Source: an uncultured Myxococcota bacterium (GTDB lineage Bacteria; Myxococcota_A; Polyangia; Polyangiales; Houyiibacteriaceae). From it: a stretch of DNA of 36,088 nucleotides. Of the stretch, positions 26,863-36,087 are shown piece by piece. Position 1 is the first letter of the stretch; each line of letters starts with the position of its first letter. A program made the position numbers and the translations under genes. Below the pieces are notes generated by a model that ran no database searches, was not told the DNA's origin, and was given only the letters and a program-made list of their open reading frames with translations. The DNA lies in the NCBI GenBank assembly GCA_964196015.1, contig CAXMRM010000033.1:1-36088 (forward strand), given 5' to 3'.

Positions 26863-28213
26863 TCCTGGGGCTATCTGCGCGGGGCACGCGGAGCTGGAAC
26901 CGGGTCCAGCCGCCACCGCTATCGACGGTGATTCCGCCGCCGATCTTGGCGACCAGATGCTTCACGATGGAGAGCCCCAAGCCCGTGCCCCCGAGCTCGC
27001 GGGAGCGCCCGGCGTCGACCCGGTAGAACCTCTCGAAAACGCGCGGAAGGTGCTTGACCGGGATCCCGGGGCCGGAGTTCGCGACCTCGATGAGGACGTC
27101 ACGATCTTCCGCCACGACGCCAACTCTCACCTCCCCGCCTTGAGGGGTGTACTTGATGGCGTTGTCGATCAGATTGACCAGCACCTGCTCGAGCGCACGT
27201 TCCTCGGCCATCATCGGAGGCGCGTCGTCCAGCCCCGAACGAACGACCTTTAGCCCCTTGGCCTTCGACTGAGACCCCAGGCCCCGGACGACTTCGTCCA
27301 GCAGGGCCCCCGCATCCACAGGCTCCAATGCCAGCTCGAGCTCCTCGGCTTCGAAACGGCTCAAGTCCGCCAGGTCATCCACCAACGCTTGCAGACGCCG
27401 AGCGTGCCTCAGAATGACGTCGAGGAAGCCCCGCGCGGACTCTGGATCGTTGATCGCTCCTTCTCGAAGCGTCTCGGCGAACCCCCGAATCGCGGTCAGG
27501 GGCGTGCGAAGCTCATGACCCGCGTTTGCAACGAAGTCCCGTCGGACCTGATCCGCGACGCGCTCGGCAGTCACGTCGTGAAAGACGGTGACGACGCCCC
27601 GTTGATCACGCAGCGGTGATACGGATGCTCGGAGAACGCGGCGAGGGCTCCTGTCCGGTCCTTGGATCTCGATCTCGAGCGAGCCCGAGTAACCCTGCTG
27701 CGCCTCTTCAATCGCTTGGTGAAAATCCGGGTGGCGGATCGCCTCGACCGCGGTCTTCCCCTCGGCGTGCAAACCCACCAGATCGGTCAGCACCTCATTG
27801 GTGAGCGTGCTGCGGCCACGGGAATCCGGCACCATGACCGCCTCGGCCATCGCATCGAGAATCGTCCGAAGGCGGTCTTTGCGGCTACGCTTCTTCTTGT
27901 CGCCGGTCGAAAGGCGCTCCGCCAAGGCGTCGAGTGAGCGCCCTAGATCCCCGATCTGTCCGGGGCTGCTCAGCCGGGCGCGCCTATCGAAGTCCCGCTC
28001 GGTGAGTGCTTCGACCAGCTGCTGAAGACGTCGCGCATCGAGCGCATCACGGCGCGACGCGAGCCAGCCGACCATGCATCCCAGCCCAACCCCTCCGAGC
28101 ACGAGCGCCCAGGCGGGCGCGTCCGGGGCCACGCCGCGCAAAACAGCATAGGAAGTGGCCATCAGAAGCGCGATCGCCCCGCCGAGCAGCGTGTACCGTC
28201 GAATCACAGCCAA
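26837..28213 (-). CDS. phoR: Phosphate regulon sensor histidine kinase
   Basis: Two TM helices, HAMP, PAS-like region, DFVANAGHELRTPL, NLIDNAIKYT and FERFYRVD.GRSRELGGTGLGL. Confidence 0.9.
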   Translation of the reverse strand: MAVIRRYTLLGGAIALLMATSYAVLRGVAPDAPAWALVLGGVGLGCMVGWLASRRDALDARRLQQLVEALTERDFDRRARLSSPGQIGDLGRSLDALAERLSTGDKKKRSRKDRLRTILDAMAEAVMVPDSRGRSTLTNEVLTDLVGLHAEGKTAVEAIRHPDFHQAIEEAQQGYSGSLEIEIQGPDRSPRRVLRASVSPLRDQRGVVTVFHDVTAERVADQVRRDFVANAGHELRTPLTAIRGFAETLREGAINDPESARGFLDVILRHARRLQALVDDLADLSRFEAEELELALEPVDAGALLDEVVRGLGSQSKAKGLKVVRSGLDDAPPMMAEERALEQVLVNLIDNAIKYTPQGGEVRVGVVAEDRDVLIEVANSGPGIPVKHLPRVFERFYRVDAGRSRELGGTGLGLSIVKHLVAKIGGGITVDSGGGWTRFQLRVPRADSPRSDTRVSRP

Positions 28214-28243
28214 AGAATACGCGGGGTGCGGCGCTTGACCAAG

Positions 28244-28933
28244 CTAGGACTTGAGGGCCCGATAGCCGACACCACGCACTGTCTCGATGTGGATGGCCCC
28301 TGAGCCGAGCTTTTCGCGAAGCCGTTTCACGTGCGTGTCGACCGTCCGAGTCTCGACGTTGGGCGCATACCCCCAGACCCGTTCGAGAAGCGCATCGCGG
28401 GACTGGACCCGGCCAGCACGGCTCGTCAGATCGAGGAGCAATCGGAACTCGAGCGCAGTCAGGAGAACTTCTTCGCCCTGAACCTCGACCCGATGTGCGG
28501 GGACGTCGATGACGAGATCGCCGAACGCGATGACCTGCGGGCCTTCGATATCAGCGACGGGAATGGTTCGCCGTAGGATCGCCTCGACTCTCAGCACGAG
28601 CTCCCTTGGACTGAAAGGCTTGGGCACGTAGTCGTCTGCACCCACCTCGAAGCCGACCACGCGATCGACCTCATCGGTTCTGGCAGTGAGCATGATCACC
28701 GGCAGCCGAACGGTTTGAGCTTTTCGCCTTAGGCGACGGCACACTTCGAGACCCGAGATGTCGGGCAACATGACGTCGAGCACGAGCAAGTCCGGCTGGC
28801 TCCGCTGGATTTCGGCCAATGCGGTGTTGCCATCGTGTACGACCGTGACGTCGTGGCCCGCACCGCGAAGATTGAAAGCCACCAACTCGGCCAGGTCGGG
28901 CTCGTCCTCTACAACTAGGATTCGTGAACCCAT
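28244..28933 (-). CDS. phoB: OmpR/PhoB family response regulator
   Basis: ILVVEDE, LDVMLP, KPFSPREL, TRTVDTHVKRLR and ETVRGVGY. Adjacent to phoR and pst. Confidence 0.92.
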   Translation of the reverse strand: MGSRILVVEDEPDLAELVAFNLRGAGHDVTVVHDGNTALAEIQRSQPDLLVLDVMLPDISGLEVCRRLRRKAQTVRLPVIMLTARTDEVDRVVGFEVGADDYVPKPFSPRELVLRVEAILRRTIPVADIEGPQVIAFGDLVIDVPAHRVEVQGEEVLLTALEFRLLLDLTSRAGRVQSRDALLERVWGYAPNVETRTVDTHVKRLREKLGSGAIHIETVRGVGYRALKS

Positions 28934-28975
28934 TTTCTTCCGCCCGAAGCCTGCTAGGCTCGGCCCCGAGGTGCC

Positions 28976-29650
28976 ATGAGAATACCACTTGCCAACCTGC
29001 TTGTGCGCAATCCCTTGCCCAAAGTGGGCGACCTGATGACCAAGGTCATCCAGACCAGCGATGGAGTTCGGGACTTGATCGAGCTGCTCGAGAAGGGCGA
29101 CCAAGCGGGAGTCGAACGTGTGGCCAAAGAGATCAGCGCGCTGGAAGGAAAGGCCGACGACGCGAAGAACGCGGCCCGCTCGAAGATGTCGGTCCGGCTG
29201 TTCATGCCCGTGGACCGACGAGACGTGCTGAAGCTGATCAGCCAGATCGACGCGATCGCGGACTGTGCCGAGGACGTGGGCGTGCTTCTGACGATTCGCC
29301 CTTTGACGGTACCCGAGGATATGAAGCCTGTTCTGAATTTGTTTGTCGAGCGCGTCTTGGGGACGATACAAGAGGCCGCAAAGCTAATCGATTTGATCGA
29401 CGACTTGGTGGAATCCGGATTCTCGGGGCCCCCGGCGGAGCAGGTTCTCGAGCAAGCCGCCATCCTGGGGCGCGCCGAGCACGAGGCCGACAAAATCCAG
29501 GATCAATGCGCCAGGGTTCTCTTCAAAGAAGAAGCCGCGATGCCTCCCGTGGCGGTGTTCATGTGGACCAAAGTCCTCAACAAGATCGGCGACATGGCCA
29601 ATCATGCCGAAAACGTAGGGGATCAGTTCCGGCTTTTCGTAGCCGGCTAG
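28976..29650 (+). CDS. DUF47/TIGR00153 PhoU-like Pit accessory protein
   Basis: LEGKADD, LFMPVDRRD, QIDAIAD, EHEAD and IGDMANHAENVGD. Directly upstream of pit. Confidence 0.9.
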   Translation: MRIPLANLLVRNPLPKVGDLMTKVIQTSDGVRDLIELLEKGDQAGVERVAKEISALEGKADDAKNAARSKMSVRLFMPVDRRDVLKLISQIDAIADCAEDVGVLLTIRPLTVPEDMKPVLNLFVERVLGTIQEAAKLIDLIDDLVESGFSGPPAEQVLEQAAILGRAEHEADKIQDQCARVLFKEEAAMPPVAVFMWTKVLNKIGDMANHAENVGDQFRLFVAG

Positions 29651-29660
29651 GCCAGTTCTT

Positions 29661-30908
29661 ATGGAGCTGACGACGATTGTCCTGGCCGTTGCGGCCATCG
29701 CCGGCCTGTACATGGCCTGGAACATCGGAGCCAACGACGTGGCGAATGCCATGGGCACCTCCGTGGGCTCGGGCGCACTCACGCTCAGGGGTGCCATCAT
29801 CGTCGCCGCGATCTTCGAGTTCGGCGGCGCCATGCTGGCAGGTGGCTCGGTCACCAATACCATCCGCAAGGGCATCGTCGACGTCGATGCATTGGGTGGG
29901 GATCCGATGGTGATCGCGATCGGAATGACCTGCTGTCTGCTCGCCGCAGCAATTTGGCTCAACGTCGCGACGTATGCCGGCTGGCCCGTGTCGACCACGC
30001 ACAGCATCGTCGGCGCTGTGGTCGGCTTCGGCTTGATCGCAGGGGGCTTCAATGCGGTGAACTGGTTGGTGCTGGGCAAGATCGCTGCCAGCTGGGTGGT
30101 CTCTCCTCTGCTTGGCGGTGTCTTGGGGTTCTACGGTTTCGTGTTCATCAAGCGACGCATCCTGAACGTCGACCGGCCCCTGTTGGCGCTGCGGGGCTGG
30201 GGCCCGATCATGGTCTTTCCCATCTTCGCGATCCTCACACTCAGCGTCCTGTTCAAGGGGCTCAAGCCGCTCAAGCTCGACTTGGGGCTCGGTCCCTCGC
30301 TCGGCATCGCCGTGGCGGTGGGACTACTGGCCAGCTTCGTGTCGGTGCCGCTGCTGCGGAGAGCCACCCGCATGGCCTCTCAGGACAAAGACGAGCACAC
30401 GCACCGCGCGGAGCGCGTTTTCTTGGTTCTACAGGTGCTGACCGCGTGCTTCGTGGCCTTTGCGCACGGAAGCAACGACGTGGCCAACGCAGTGGGCCCA
30501 ATGGCGGCCGTGTTTGGCGCCACCTCGGGCGAGCTGGGCGCACAGGTGGCAGTGCCTCACCGTATTCTCCTGATCGGGGCAATAGGCATCGTCGTTGGCC
30601 TCGCCACGTATGGCTACAAGATCATGGCGACTATCGGAAAGAAGATCACGGAGCTCACCCCTTCGCGGGGCTTCGCGGCGGAGTTCGGGGCCGCGACCAC
30701 GATCGTGATGGCGAGCAAGTTAGGGCTACCGGTGAGCACGACCCATACGCTGGTGGGCGCCGTGATCGGCGTCGGCTTCGCTCGCGGTATCGGGGCTATC
30801 AACACCAGGGTGGTGAGTGGGATCATCGCCAGCTGGTTCATTACCGTGCCGTTCACCGCACTTCTGGCTGCCGGCCTCTTCTTGATCGGCAGGATCTGGC
30901 TGCCCTGA
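29661..30908 (+). CDS. pit: Inorganic phosphate transporter, PiT family
   Basis: GANDVANAMGTSVGSG, PVSTTH twice, and HGSNDVANA. Confidence 0.95.
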   Translation: MELTTIVLAVAAIAGLYMAWNIGANDVANAMGTSVGSGALTLRGAIIVAAIFEFGGAMLAGGSVTNTIRKGIVDVDALGGDPMVIAIGMTCCLLAAAIWLNVATYAGWPVSTTHSIVGAVVGFGLIAGGFNAVNWLVLGKIAASWVVSPLLGGVLGFYGFVFIKRRILNVDRPLLALRGWGPIMVFPIFAILTLSVLFKGLKPLKLDLGLGPSLGIAVAVGLLASFVSVPLLRRATRMASQDKDEHTHRAERVFLVLQVLTACFVAFAHGSNDVANAVGPMAAVFGATSGELGAQVAVPHRILLIGAIGIVVGLATYGYKIMATIGKKITELTPSRGFAAEFGAATTIVMASKLGLPVSTTHTLVGAVIGVGFARGIGAINTRVVSGIIASWFITVPFTALLAAGLFLIGRIWLP

Positions 30909-30944
30909 GTGGCCACGCTGATGGCCACGCGCTAAGCACGGTCC

Positions 30945-32048
30945 ATGACTTTGTCAGTCGGTATCGTCGGCCTACCCAACGTGGGGAAGTCGACGCTCTT
31001 CAACGCCCTCTCTGAAAAGGAAGCTGAGGCCGCGAATTACCCGTTTTGCACCATTGACCCGAATGTCGGGATCGTCCCGGTTCCCGACACGCGATTCGAC
31101 AAGCTGGTCGAGCTCCACAAGCCGAAGAAGGTGGTGCCGGCCACCGTGGAGTTCGTGGACATTGCCGGCCTCGTGCGAGGCGCTTCCAAAGGCGAAGGCA
31201 AGGGCAACGCGTTCTTGAGCAACATTCGCGACGCCGACGCAGTGGCGCACGTAGTCCGGTGTTTCGAGGACGAGAACATCGTGCACGTCGACAACCGCGT
31301 GGACCCCTTGGCAGACATCGAAACGATCGAAACCGAGCTGATTCTCAAGGACCTCGAGACGGTTCAGAAGCGCCTCGACAAGGCCGAGCGGGCGGCAAAG
31401 GGCAACGACGCCTTAGAGAAGAAGGCGGTCGCCCTGTGTAAGCGCCTCGAAGAGTCCATGGACCAGGGGAAGCCGGCAACGGCGATCGAGCCCATCGACG
31501 AAGACGAAGCATTGGTGCTGCGCGACATGTTCTTGCTCACCCGCAAGCCATCCTTTTTCGTCGTCAACGTGAAGGACGACCAGCTCGCGGACATCGACAA
31601 CGACCCACTGGTTGGCCAGGTTCTGCGGCTCGGTGAGGAGCGTGGCGTCCCGGTCGTCGTCATCAGCGCCGAGATCGAGTCCGAGATCATGCGGCTCGCC
31701 GAAGGGGAGCGCGACGAGTTCATCGAGTCTCTCGGCCTCGACGAGCCAGGCCTGCACAAAGTGATTCGGACAGGCTACGCGACGCTAGATCTCATCACCT
31801 ACTTCACCGCGGGCGAGCCCGAGGTCCACGCTTGGACGATTCCCAGGGGCATGAAGGCCCCCCAGGCCGCCGGCAAGATCCACTCCGACTTCGAACATGG
31901 GTTTATCCGAGCAGAAGTTACCAAGTGTGAGGATCTCTTCGAACTAGGCTCCGAGCAGGCCGTGAAGGCGGCCGGCAAGCTCGCCGTCGAAGGCAAAGAC
32001 TACGTCGTGCACGACGGAGACATCATGCACTTCCGCTTCAACGTCTAG
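30945..32048 (+). CDS. ychF: Redox-regulated ribosome-binding ATPase
   Basis: [40 protein letters not shown] and TGS domain ending FRFNV. Confidence 0.97.
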   Translation: MTLSVGIVGLPNVGKSTLFNALSEKEAEAANYPFCTIDPNVGIVPVPDTRFDKLVELHKPKKVVPATVEFVDIAGLVRGASKGEGKGNAFLSNIRDADAVAHVVRCFEDENIVHVDNRVDPLADIETIETELILKDLETVQKRLDKAERAAKGNDALEKKAVALCKRLEESMDQGKPATAIEPIDEDEALVLRDMFLLTRKPSFFVVNVKDDQLADIDNDPLVGQVLRLGEERGVPVVVISAEIESEIMRLAEGERDEFIESLGLDEPGLHKVIRTGYATLDLITYFTAGEPEVHAWTIPRGMKAPQAAGKIHSDFEHGFIRAEVTKCEDLFELGSEQAVKAAGKLAVEGKDYVVHDGDIMHFRFNV

Positions 32049-32054
32049 CGACAA

Positions 32055-33158
32055 TCAGTCGTCGTAGGCCTTGAACGCGACGATGCCGCCGCAGTCGGTC
32101 TCGTTCAAGAGCCTGCCGTCTTCGTCTTCGCCCATCGGATGGTTCTCGCCGGCGCCGATGCCGACTTTAAGATTGGAGTCGGTGTAAGCGAGAAAGACAC
32201 ACATCTCCTTGCCGCCCAGCCCATAAACCAGAGTGCGATCGGTATTGTTGATGTACCCGCAGTCGACCTGCAGGCCCATTGCGCCATTGTTGTTCATCGG
32301 CGGGTCGATCGTCTTGCCAATCGGCTCGCCGACCCGGTTTTTGAGCTCGAGAACCGTGTCCCGCCGCCCGTCCTCGTGGGCGAAGCTCAGATTGAAGTAG
32401 TTGCCCCACTCGTGATAGTGCGCGAGCACGTAGTAGATGTTGTAGTCCGGGGCGCTCCCAATCTGTTCCTGGAACGCGTCCCGAAGGTCGCAAGTCATCG
32501 AATACCGCGACTCCTTCGGAACTCCTTGTTCCTGGGGCGCAATCGCAAGCGATGTGTTGCTGAAGCTGAACGGTGTGAGGCGAATCTCGACCTCGTCGGC
32601 CGGGACGGTCTCTATGTCCATCGTGAGAGCGCTCTCTAACGGTCCGGGCGTGATGTTCAGGAGATGGACGCTGCCGACGATCACGCTGTGCGGAGGAATC
32701 TCGAGCGCTGCTCCATCGGGGAACGCTTGAATCTCTTCGAAGGTCTGGGTCGACTGGGCGAAGAAGACGCCACCGGCGGCCGCGGCCAGGAACTCACGAA
32801 AGCCGCGGTCGCTACAGCGCCAGGTGCCCTCCTGCGTCGCGTCCGGACCTTCGACCTCAGGGTCGGGCCGGTAGGCTGTCTCCGGCACGAAGAACCAGTT
32901 CGAATGGTGCCAGCCCCCTCCGTTGGTCTGCCGAACCTTCTTCACATAGAGGGGCTCTTCGTTGCCCAGAACCCAGCTCTGACACACGTTAGAGATCTCC
33001 TCGCCGCGATCGATGGTCTGAACGTCGTACGTGTGGCTGAGCATCGCGATGAACTCAGCGGTGCTGCTGCTGGGCGTGCCGCTGTCACCACAACCAATGA
33101 GCAAGAGAGTTAAGATAGTTGATAGTGTTATCAGTCGCATACGCCTAAGATTCCTCAT
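32055..33158 (-). CDS. Lipoprotein, putative copper type II (PHM/DBH-like) monooxygenase
   Basis: LLIGC lipobox and ordered WHHS...SVHLLN...AHYH...KEMC ligand pattern. Start 33158 (TAATG coupling) or 33140. Confidence 0.68.
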   Translation of the reverse strand: MRNLRRMRLITLSTILTLLLIGCGDSGTPSSSTAEFIAMLSHTYDVQTIDRGEEISNVCQSWVLGNEEPLYVKKVRQTNGGGWHHSNWFFVPETAYRPDPEVEGPDATQEGTWRCSDRGFREFLAAAAGGVFFAQSTQTFEEIQAFPDGAALEIPPHSVIVGSVHLLNITPGPLESALTMDIETVPADEVEIRLTPFSFSNTSLAIAPQEQGVPKESRYSMTCDLRDAFQEQIGSAPDYNIYYVLAHYHEWGNYFNLSFAHEDGRRDTVLELKNRVGEPIGKTIDPPMNNNGAMGLQVDCGYINNTDRTLVYGLGGKEMCVFLAYTDSNLKVGIGAGENHPMGEDEDGRLLNETDCGGIVAFKAYDD

Positions 33159-33799
33159 TAAATGGGTTCGGGCAAGAGGACATTCACCTCGATGAGGAGG
33201 TATTCGTTCGAGCCGTGGTTGTCGACGTGCCACAGCAGGGTGGTTCCGGCGGGATAGTCTTTGGACGCGGTCCAGGTCTGCGTGGGAAAATCGCTGTCCG
33301 AAGGAATCAAGGCGTGCTCGTCGAAGCCCAGCTCGTCCTCGATCACGAAGCTCATCCGCGCCTCACCCGGGATCGGCGCCGTGAGCGCGTCGTGGAAGGC
33401 TCGGATCTCGACCTGGTCGCCGGCGCGGATCGCGCGCAGGGACGGCTGCTCGAGCGTGATCCAATTGCAGAGTGCAACCCGAGTGTCCGGCATTCTCGTC
33501 TGCACCGACAAAACGGTGAATTGATCGAAGCACTCGGGCAAGAACGAAACGATGCAGGCCGAGTCCGCGGCAAGCTCCACGCACTCGCCTGCCGGCCAGG
33601 GGAACTCGGGGCAGTCGAGAGGCGTGAGCTGGCATTCGGAGTCCTCGGGCGGCGCGCCGAAGATCTCCTCGCCCTTATCCGAGGGCACCCACTTGGTGTT
33701 GTCGACGAGAGGGCCAGGGTCGCTAGTGGGGCTGCTGCTGCTGCTGTCGCAGCTCCACACGACGCAAAAACACAGCGCTAAGGCAACTCGACTAAGCAT
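33158..33799 (-). CDS. Hypothetical Cys-rich lipoprotein with a C-terminal HxxNHG motif
   Basis: GGAGG SD, signal peptide ending VWSC, poly-Ser linker, six further Cys and WHVDNHGSNEY. Confidence 0.65.
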   Translation of the reverse strand: MLSRVALALCFCVVWSCDSSSSSPTSDPGPLVDNTKWVPSDKGEEIFGAPPEDSECQLTPLDCPEFPWPAGECVELAADSACIVSFLPECFDQFTVLSVQTRMPDTRVALCNWITLEQPSLRAIRAGDQVEIRAFHDALTAPIPGEARMSFVIEDELGFDEHALIPSDSDFPTQTWTASKDYPAGTTLLWHVDNHGSNEYLLIEVNVLLPEPI

Positions 33800-33835
33800 G
33801 GCGCCTCCGAAGATAGGTTCCCGCGCCGCGTCTGA

Positions 33836-34363
33836 CTAGCTCTGTCGCGGAACACTGACCCGAACGATCACGTCGGGCTTCACCTTCAACGCTCCGAGCG
33901 CCGCCGTATATGGCTTGATGCCGAAATCCTGCTGGTGAAGCTTCACCTCGGCCAGCCATCGATCGCCGTCGGCTCGGACGCTGGTCTGGAGTTTGTGCGA
34001 CTTGCCGTGCATCTGAAGCGTCCCTTCGACCGCGAAGCCTTCGCCCCGCTCCACGACGTGGGTCGAGTCGAAGCGAATCTCGGGATACTTGCGCACCCTC
34101 AACACGTCCTTGGTGACGTTGTCGTGGATCTTCTTCTTGTCGCCCTTGCTGAGCGTCGACGGATCGTCGCGCCCGTCGACCCGCGCACACGCAACTTGGA
34201 TGCTGCTCGGGTCGAACGTGGCTTTGATCTGATGCGTCGTTTCGTCGACCTCGATCGAAAACCGCTCGACCTGCAGTTTCAGGTCGTGCGCAAGTCGGGC
34301 CAGAAGTCCGTCTTTGAATGAGAACAGGAGACATTGGGAATTGTAGGCGTCGTAGCGAGCCAT
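33836..34363 (-). CDS. YceI family protein (no signal peptide)
   Basis: GLLARLAHDL, VL...KYPEIRFDS, GTLQMHG, QQDFGIKPY and LKVK.DV YceI-type barrel motifs. Confidence 0.85.
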   Translation of the reverse strand: MARYDAYNSQCLLFSFKDGLLARLAHDLKLQVERFSIEVDETTHQIKATFDPSSIQVACARVDGRDDPSTLSKGDKKKIHDNVTKDVLRVRKYPEIRFDSTHVVERGEGFAVEGTLQMHGKSHKLQTSVRADGDRWLAEVKLHQQDFGIKPYTAALGALKVKPDVIVRVSVPRQS

Positions 34364-34416
34364 CGTCGGCGATGTAGCTCACGGCCGAAGAATGGGCCAG
34401 TTCGTTTACAGTACTA

Positions 34417-36087
34417 TTACAGTGGCGGCGTCTGGACATAGTACGAGCCGAGAAGGATGAACATTTCCTCTTCCGTCGTGACGCCACCGCCAACCGCGCA
34501 GGCGTCACAGACACCGCCTTCGCCGCAGGCCGAATCGTCGCCATTGCAAACCATGCCCTGGTTGGGGCCGCCGAAGCACGAACGTTCTTCTGGCGGGCAG
34601 CCGCAGATGAACAGACCGAGACCCGCTTGATTGGCAAGTGGGGCGAAGTTGTCGACGAAGTCGCAGGTGTCTGCATCAGGCTTGGTCGACTCGCGGCGCA
34701 CCTCTGAGGGAACGGCTTCACCATTGTCCCAGAACGCGCAGTACTTGAACGTGCGATCTTCGACGTTAGAGCTATCGAAAGCCAGGATCCCGTCTTCGCT
34801 GAATCGCTGGTAGAGCGGGTCTTCGTAGTCGAAGCTCGTGTAATCAGGCGCTCGGTCGTTGTTGGGCTGGCAGTCGGGACCTGACTCGCAGGGCTGGTTG
34901 GGCGGGTACCAAACCCGGAATTCCTTGCCGTACCGATGGGTGTGCGAACTCAAGGTGAGCAGGCGGCCGTGCTCGGGGATCGTATAGCTGGTGCACGCCT
35001 CGTGTGACGAAAAGGCTTCGATGCGTCCCATGCCGAATATCTCGTCCGCATCAAAAATCTGTCGACGCAGGTAAAGCAACTCGTCCGGTCGAGCGAACTC
35101 CAGGTTCATCCACTGCTCGAGTGTAGTGTCGGCCTTGGTGAGGTTGAAGGCATGGCTATCCCAAATGATGAAGCCTTTGACGGGAACCATCGCATAGACG
35201 TTGGGCGGGAAATTCTCGCGGAAAGTCGCTTCTTGTGCGGTCACGAGGTTCTGCCGCACAGAGGCCGCGCCGAAAAAGCCCGCCACGGTGCCTAGCTCCG
35301 GGGGCCCGTTGCGATAGGCGATGCATGCAATGGTGCTGAGCGGCTCGGTCGTGCATTGGCTTCGCGTGCCACAGTCATTGCTACCGGGGGTGCAGGTCAT
35401 GCCGGCGTTGTCGCCGCCGAGGCAGGTCCACTGCTTCCAGGAGGGATCCATGGGATCGAGCTGTGCTTCCTTGCCCTCCGGCGGAACATAGAACTCCACG
35501 ATGCTATGATGTGACTGTGGATCCTCTGCGAGCAGCACTTTGTTGTACGCGAAGCAGTCCTGCTCGGAGCCGCCTTGCTCCGCGGGACAGGGGACGATGA
35601 GCTCCGGCGGGATCGTGCCGGAGTAGTCGTAGTAGCTGACGAAGCAAACTTCATCCTCGCCTGCGGCAGGGATGGTCCAACCGCCGGAATAGAACTGAAT
35701 GCCTTCATCGGCCGCAGGGGGCGCCAGCGGTTCGATCTTGTTGGCGAGGAAATCCCCTTGCAGCTCGCAGCTCGCGTACTGCTCGGACCCTTTGACGACG
35801 CCTGTCTCCGGAGCGCCGCTGCGAATCCAGGCGCGCAGCAGGCCCAAGTCGTCTTCGCTCAAGACACTCTCGGTGGTCGGCATTGCGCCCCCAGAGATGC
35901 CGAGCGGCCCGAGGTCGAAGCCTTCGGTTTTCGCTGCAACCTTTTGATAAAGAAGGCTGAGGTCCTGCTCCCCGGGGAACACGCGCACGTAGTCGCCCGA
36001 GGTCGCGTCGACGCGGATGAGACTCGCGTACGCGCTCTCGGGCCGAAGGTCTAAACCACCCTGCGTAGCTTCGCCGTGGCAGGCCGA
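34417..36087 (-). CDS. Cytochrome c-like domain fused to a putative copper type II (PHM/DBH-like) monooxygenase, 5' end outside window
   Basis: The frame stays open upstream of the listed 35988 start and reads SACHGEATQGGLDL...PGEQDLSLLYQKV...GAMP...LLRAWIRSGA. It continues with SHHS, DSHAFN, SSHTH and EEM. Confidence 0.68.
   Translation of the reverse strand, partial: SACHGEATQGGLDLRPESAYASLIRVDATSGDYVRVFPGEQDLSLLYQKVAAKTEGFDLGPLGISGGAMPTTESVLSEDDLGLLRAWIRSGAPETGVVKGSEQYASCELQGDFLANKIEPLAPPAADEGIQFYSGGWTIPAAGEDEVCFVSYYDYSGTIPPELIVPCPAEQGGSEQDCFAYNKVLLAEDPQSHHSIVEFYVPPEGKEAQLDPMDPSWKQWTCLGGDNAGMTCTPGSNDCGTRSQCTTEPLSTIACIAYRNGPPELGTVAGFFGAASVRQNLVTAQEATFRENFPPNVYAMVPVKGFIIWDSHAFNLTKADTTLEQWMNLEFARPDELLYLRRQIFDADEIFGMGRIEAFSSHEACTSYTIPEHGRLLTLSSHTHRYGKEFRVWYPPNQPCESGPDCQPNNDRAPDYTSFDYEDPLYQRFSEDGILAFDSSNVEDRTFKYCAFWDNGEAVPSEVRRESTKPDADTCDFVDNFAPLANQAGLGLFICGCPPEERSCFGGPNQGMVCNGDDSACGEGGVCDACAVGGGVTTEEEMFILLGSYYVQTPPL

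Noticed and set aside
28934-29371. 146-aa N-terminal extension of PhoB in the ORF track
   Set aside because: It is antisense to the DUF47 gene. The receiver domain starts cleanly at ATG 28933.
33731-33746. (GCT)n trinucleotide run
   Set aside because: Encodes the poly-Ser linker after a lipobox. It is in frame, so not a phase-variation switch.
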